From: Clostridia bacterium
GTDB lineage: Bacteria > Bacillota > Clostridia > Christensenellales > UBA1242
Length of the DNA: 64,000 nt
Direction of reading: 5' to 3'
NCBI GenBank assembly: GCA_017478185.1
Contig: JAFVEA010000009.1
Span: 261,264 to 325,263 of the forward strand
Positions within the stretch are counted from its first letter, which is position 1. Each line of letters starts with the position of its first letter. Positions 63,458-64,000 of the stretch are shown here, piece by piece. The notes under the pieces are model-generated. The model saw only the letters and a list, made by a program, of their open reading frames with translations, searched no databases and was not told where the DNA came from. A program made the position numbers and the translations under genes.

Positions 63458-64000
63458 ATGAAAACAAATTTATGGGAAAATTATGAAAACGAAAAAGGGA
63501 AAGAAGTTGAAGACTTTTGCAAAAGTTATAAAGAATTTTTAAGCAACAACAAAACAGAGCGAGAATGCACGAGCTTTGCCGTTAAAATGGCAGAGAAAAA
63601 TGGATTTAAGCCACTAGAAAAACTAATAAAAGAAAACAAAAAATTAAATGCAGGCGACAAAGTTTATGCTGTTAATATGGATAAGAATGTTGTTTTGTTT
63701 GTGGTTGGGAAAAGGCCTTTTTCAGAAGGTTTAAACATTGTTGGAGCTCATATAGATTCTCCAAGGCTTGATTTAAAGGCAAAGCCTCTTTATGAATGCC
63801 AAGGGTTTTGTTTGTTAGACACGCATTATTATGGTGGAATAAAAAAATACCAGTGGACGGCTTGCCCATTAGCACTTCACGGAGTTGTTATCAAAAAAGA
63901 CGGAACAAAGCTTGATTTTGTGGTTGGAGAAAATGACGACTGCGTTGTTGGGATTTCAGACCTTTTGCCACATCTAGAGCGTGGAGAAAAGAAAGAAAAT
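63458..64000 (+). CDS. M18-family aminopeptidase (5' part; runs off the window)
   Basis: My own translation is MKTNLWENYE...IVGAHIDSPRLDLKAKPL...YYGGIKKYQW. AAGGAGA SD. No stop before position 64000. Confidence 0.75.
   Translation, partial: MKTNLWENYENEKGKEVEDFCKSYKEFLSNNKTERECTSFAVKMAEKNGFKPLEKLIKENKKLNAGDKVYAVNMDKNVVLFVVGKRPFSEGLNIVGAHIDSPRLDLKAKPLYECQGFCLLDTHYYGGIKKYQWTACPLALHGVVIKKDGTKLDFVVGENDDCVVGISDLLPHLERGEKKEN

Overview
AT-rich, low-GC Gram-positive (Bacillota-like) chromosome segment that reads cleanly in the standard bacterial code. It has two parts.

(A) Positions 1 to about 27.3 kb form a composite accessory/mobile island. Its right edge is an intact tRNA-Thr(GGU) followed by three tandem truncated tRNA-Thr 5' halves. 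From left to right it carries:
- a xis/int recombination module;
- a filamentous-phage (Tubulavirales/inovirus)-like module with a Zot-type ATPase, an HUH rolling-circle Rep, membrane-anchored large proteins and two GC-rich hairpins after rep. It has its own sigma-like regulator, a LexA-type box and a promoter motif repeated three times;
- a tightly coupled 5-gene operon: AbiTii, type III Mod, type III Res, a 118-aa protein, and a HEPN (ApeA-like) protein;
- an XRE/SLOG pair;
- nitroreductase and MDR oxidoreductase cargo;
- a unidirectional 8-gene block containing PcfJ and a PcfK(AcrIIA9-like)-MutS-domain-I fusion. A ~220-nt imperfect hairpin precedes it, and a paralogous hairpin precedes another small gene;
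- a gene pair encoding a HEPN-motif protein and a polytopic membrane protein.

(B) Positions 27.3-64 kb are mostly core genes: rfbA, a DEAD-box helicase, AKR, MscS, flavodoxin, dut, an AcnX pair, nrdDG with NrdR boxes, a cell-wall amidase, rplU-prp-rpmA, and 11 intact tRNAs in the whole window. This part is interrupted by:
- a double-Dam methylase + HNH nuclease R-M cassette;
- two promoters with poly-G spacers upstream of surface lipoproteins (phase-variation candidates);
- several duplicated tRNA ends and halves;
- a dispersed family of GC-rich nested-palindrome repeats that I did not see in the island.

All functional calls come from motif recognition by eye. No database search was run.
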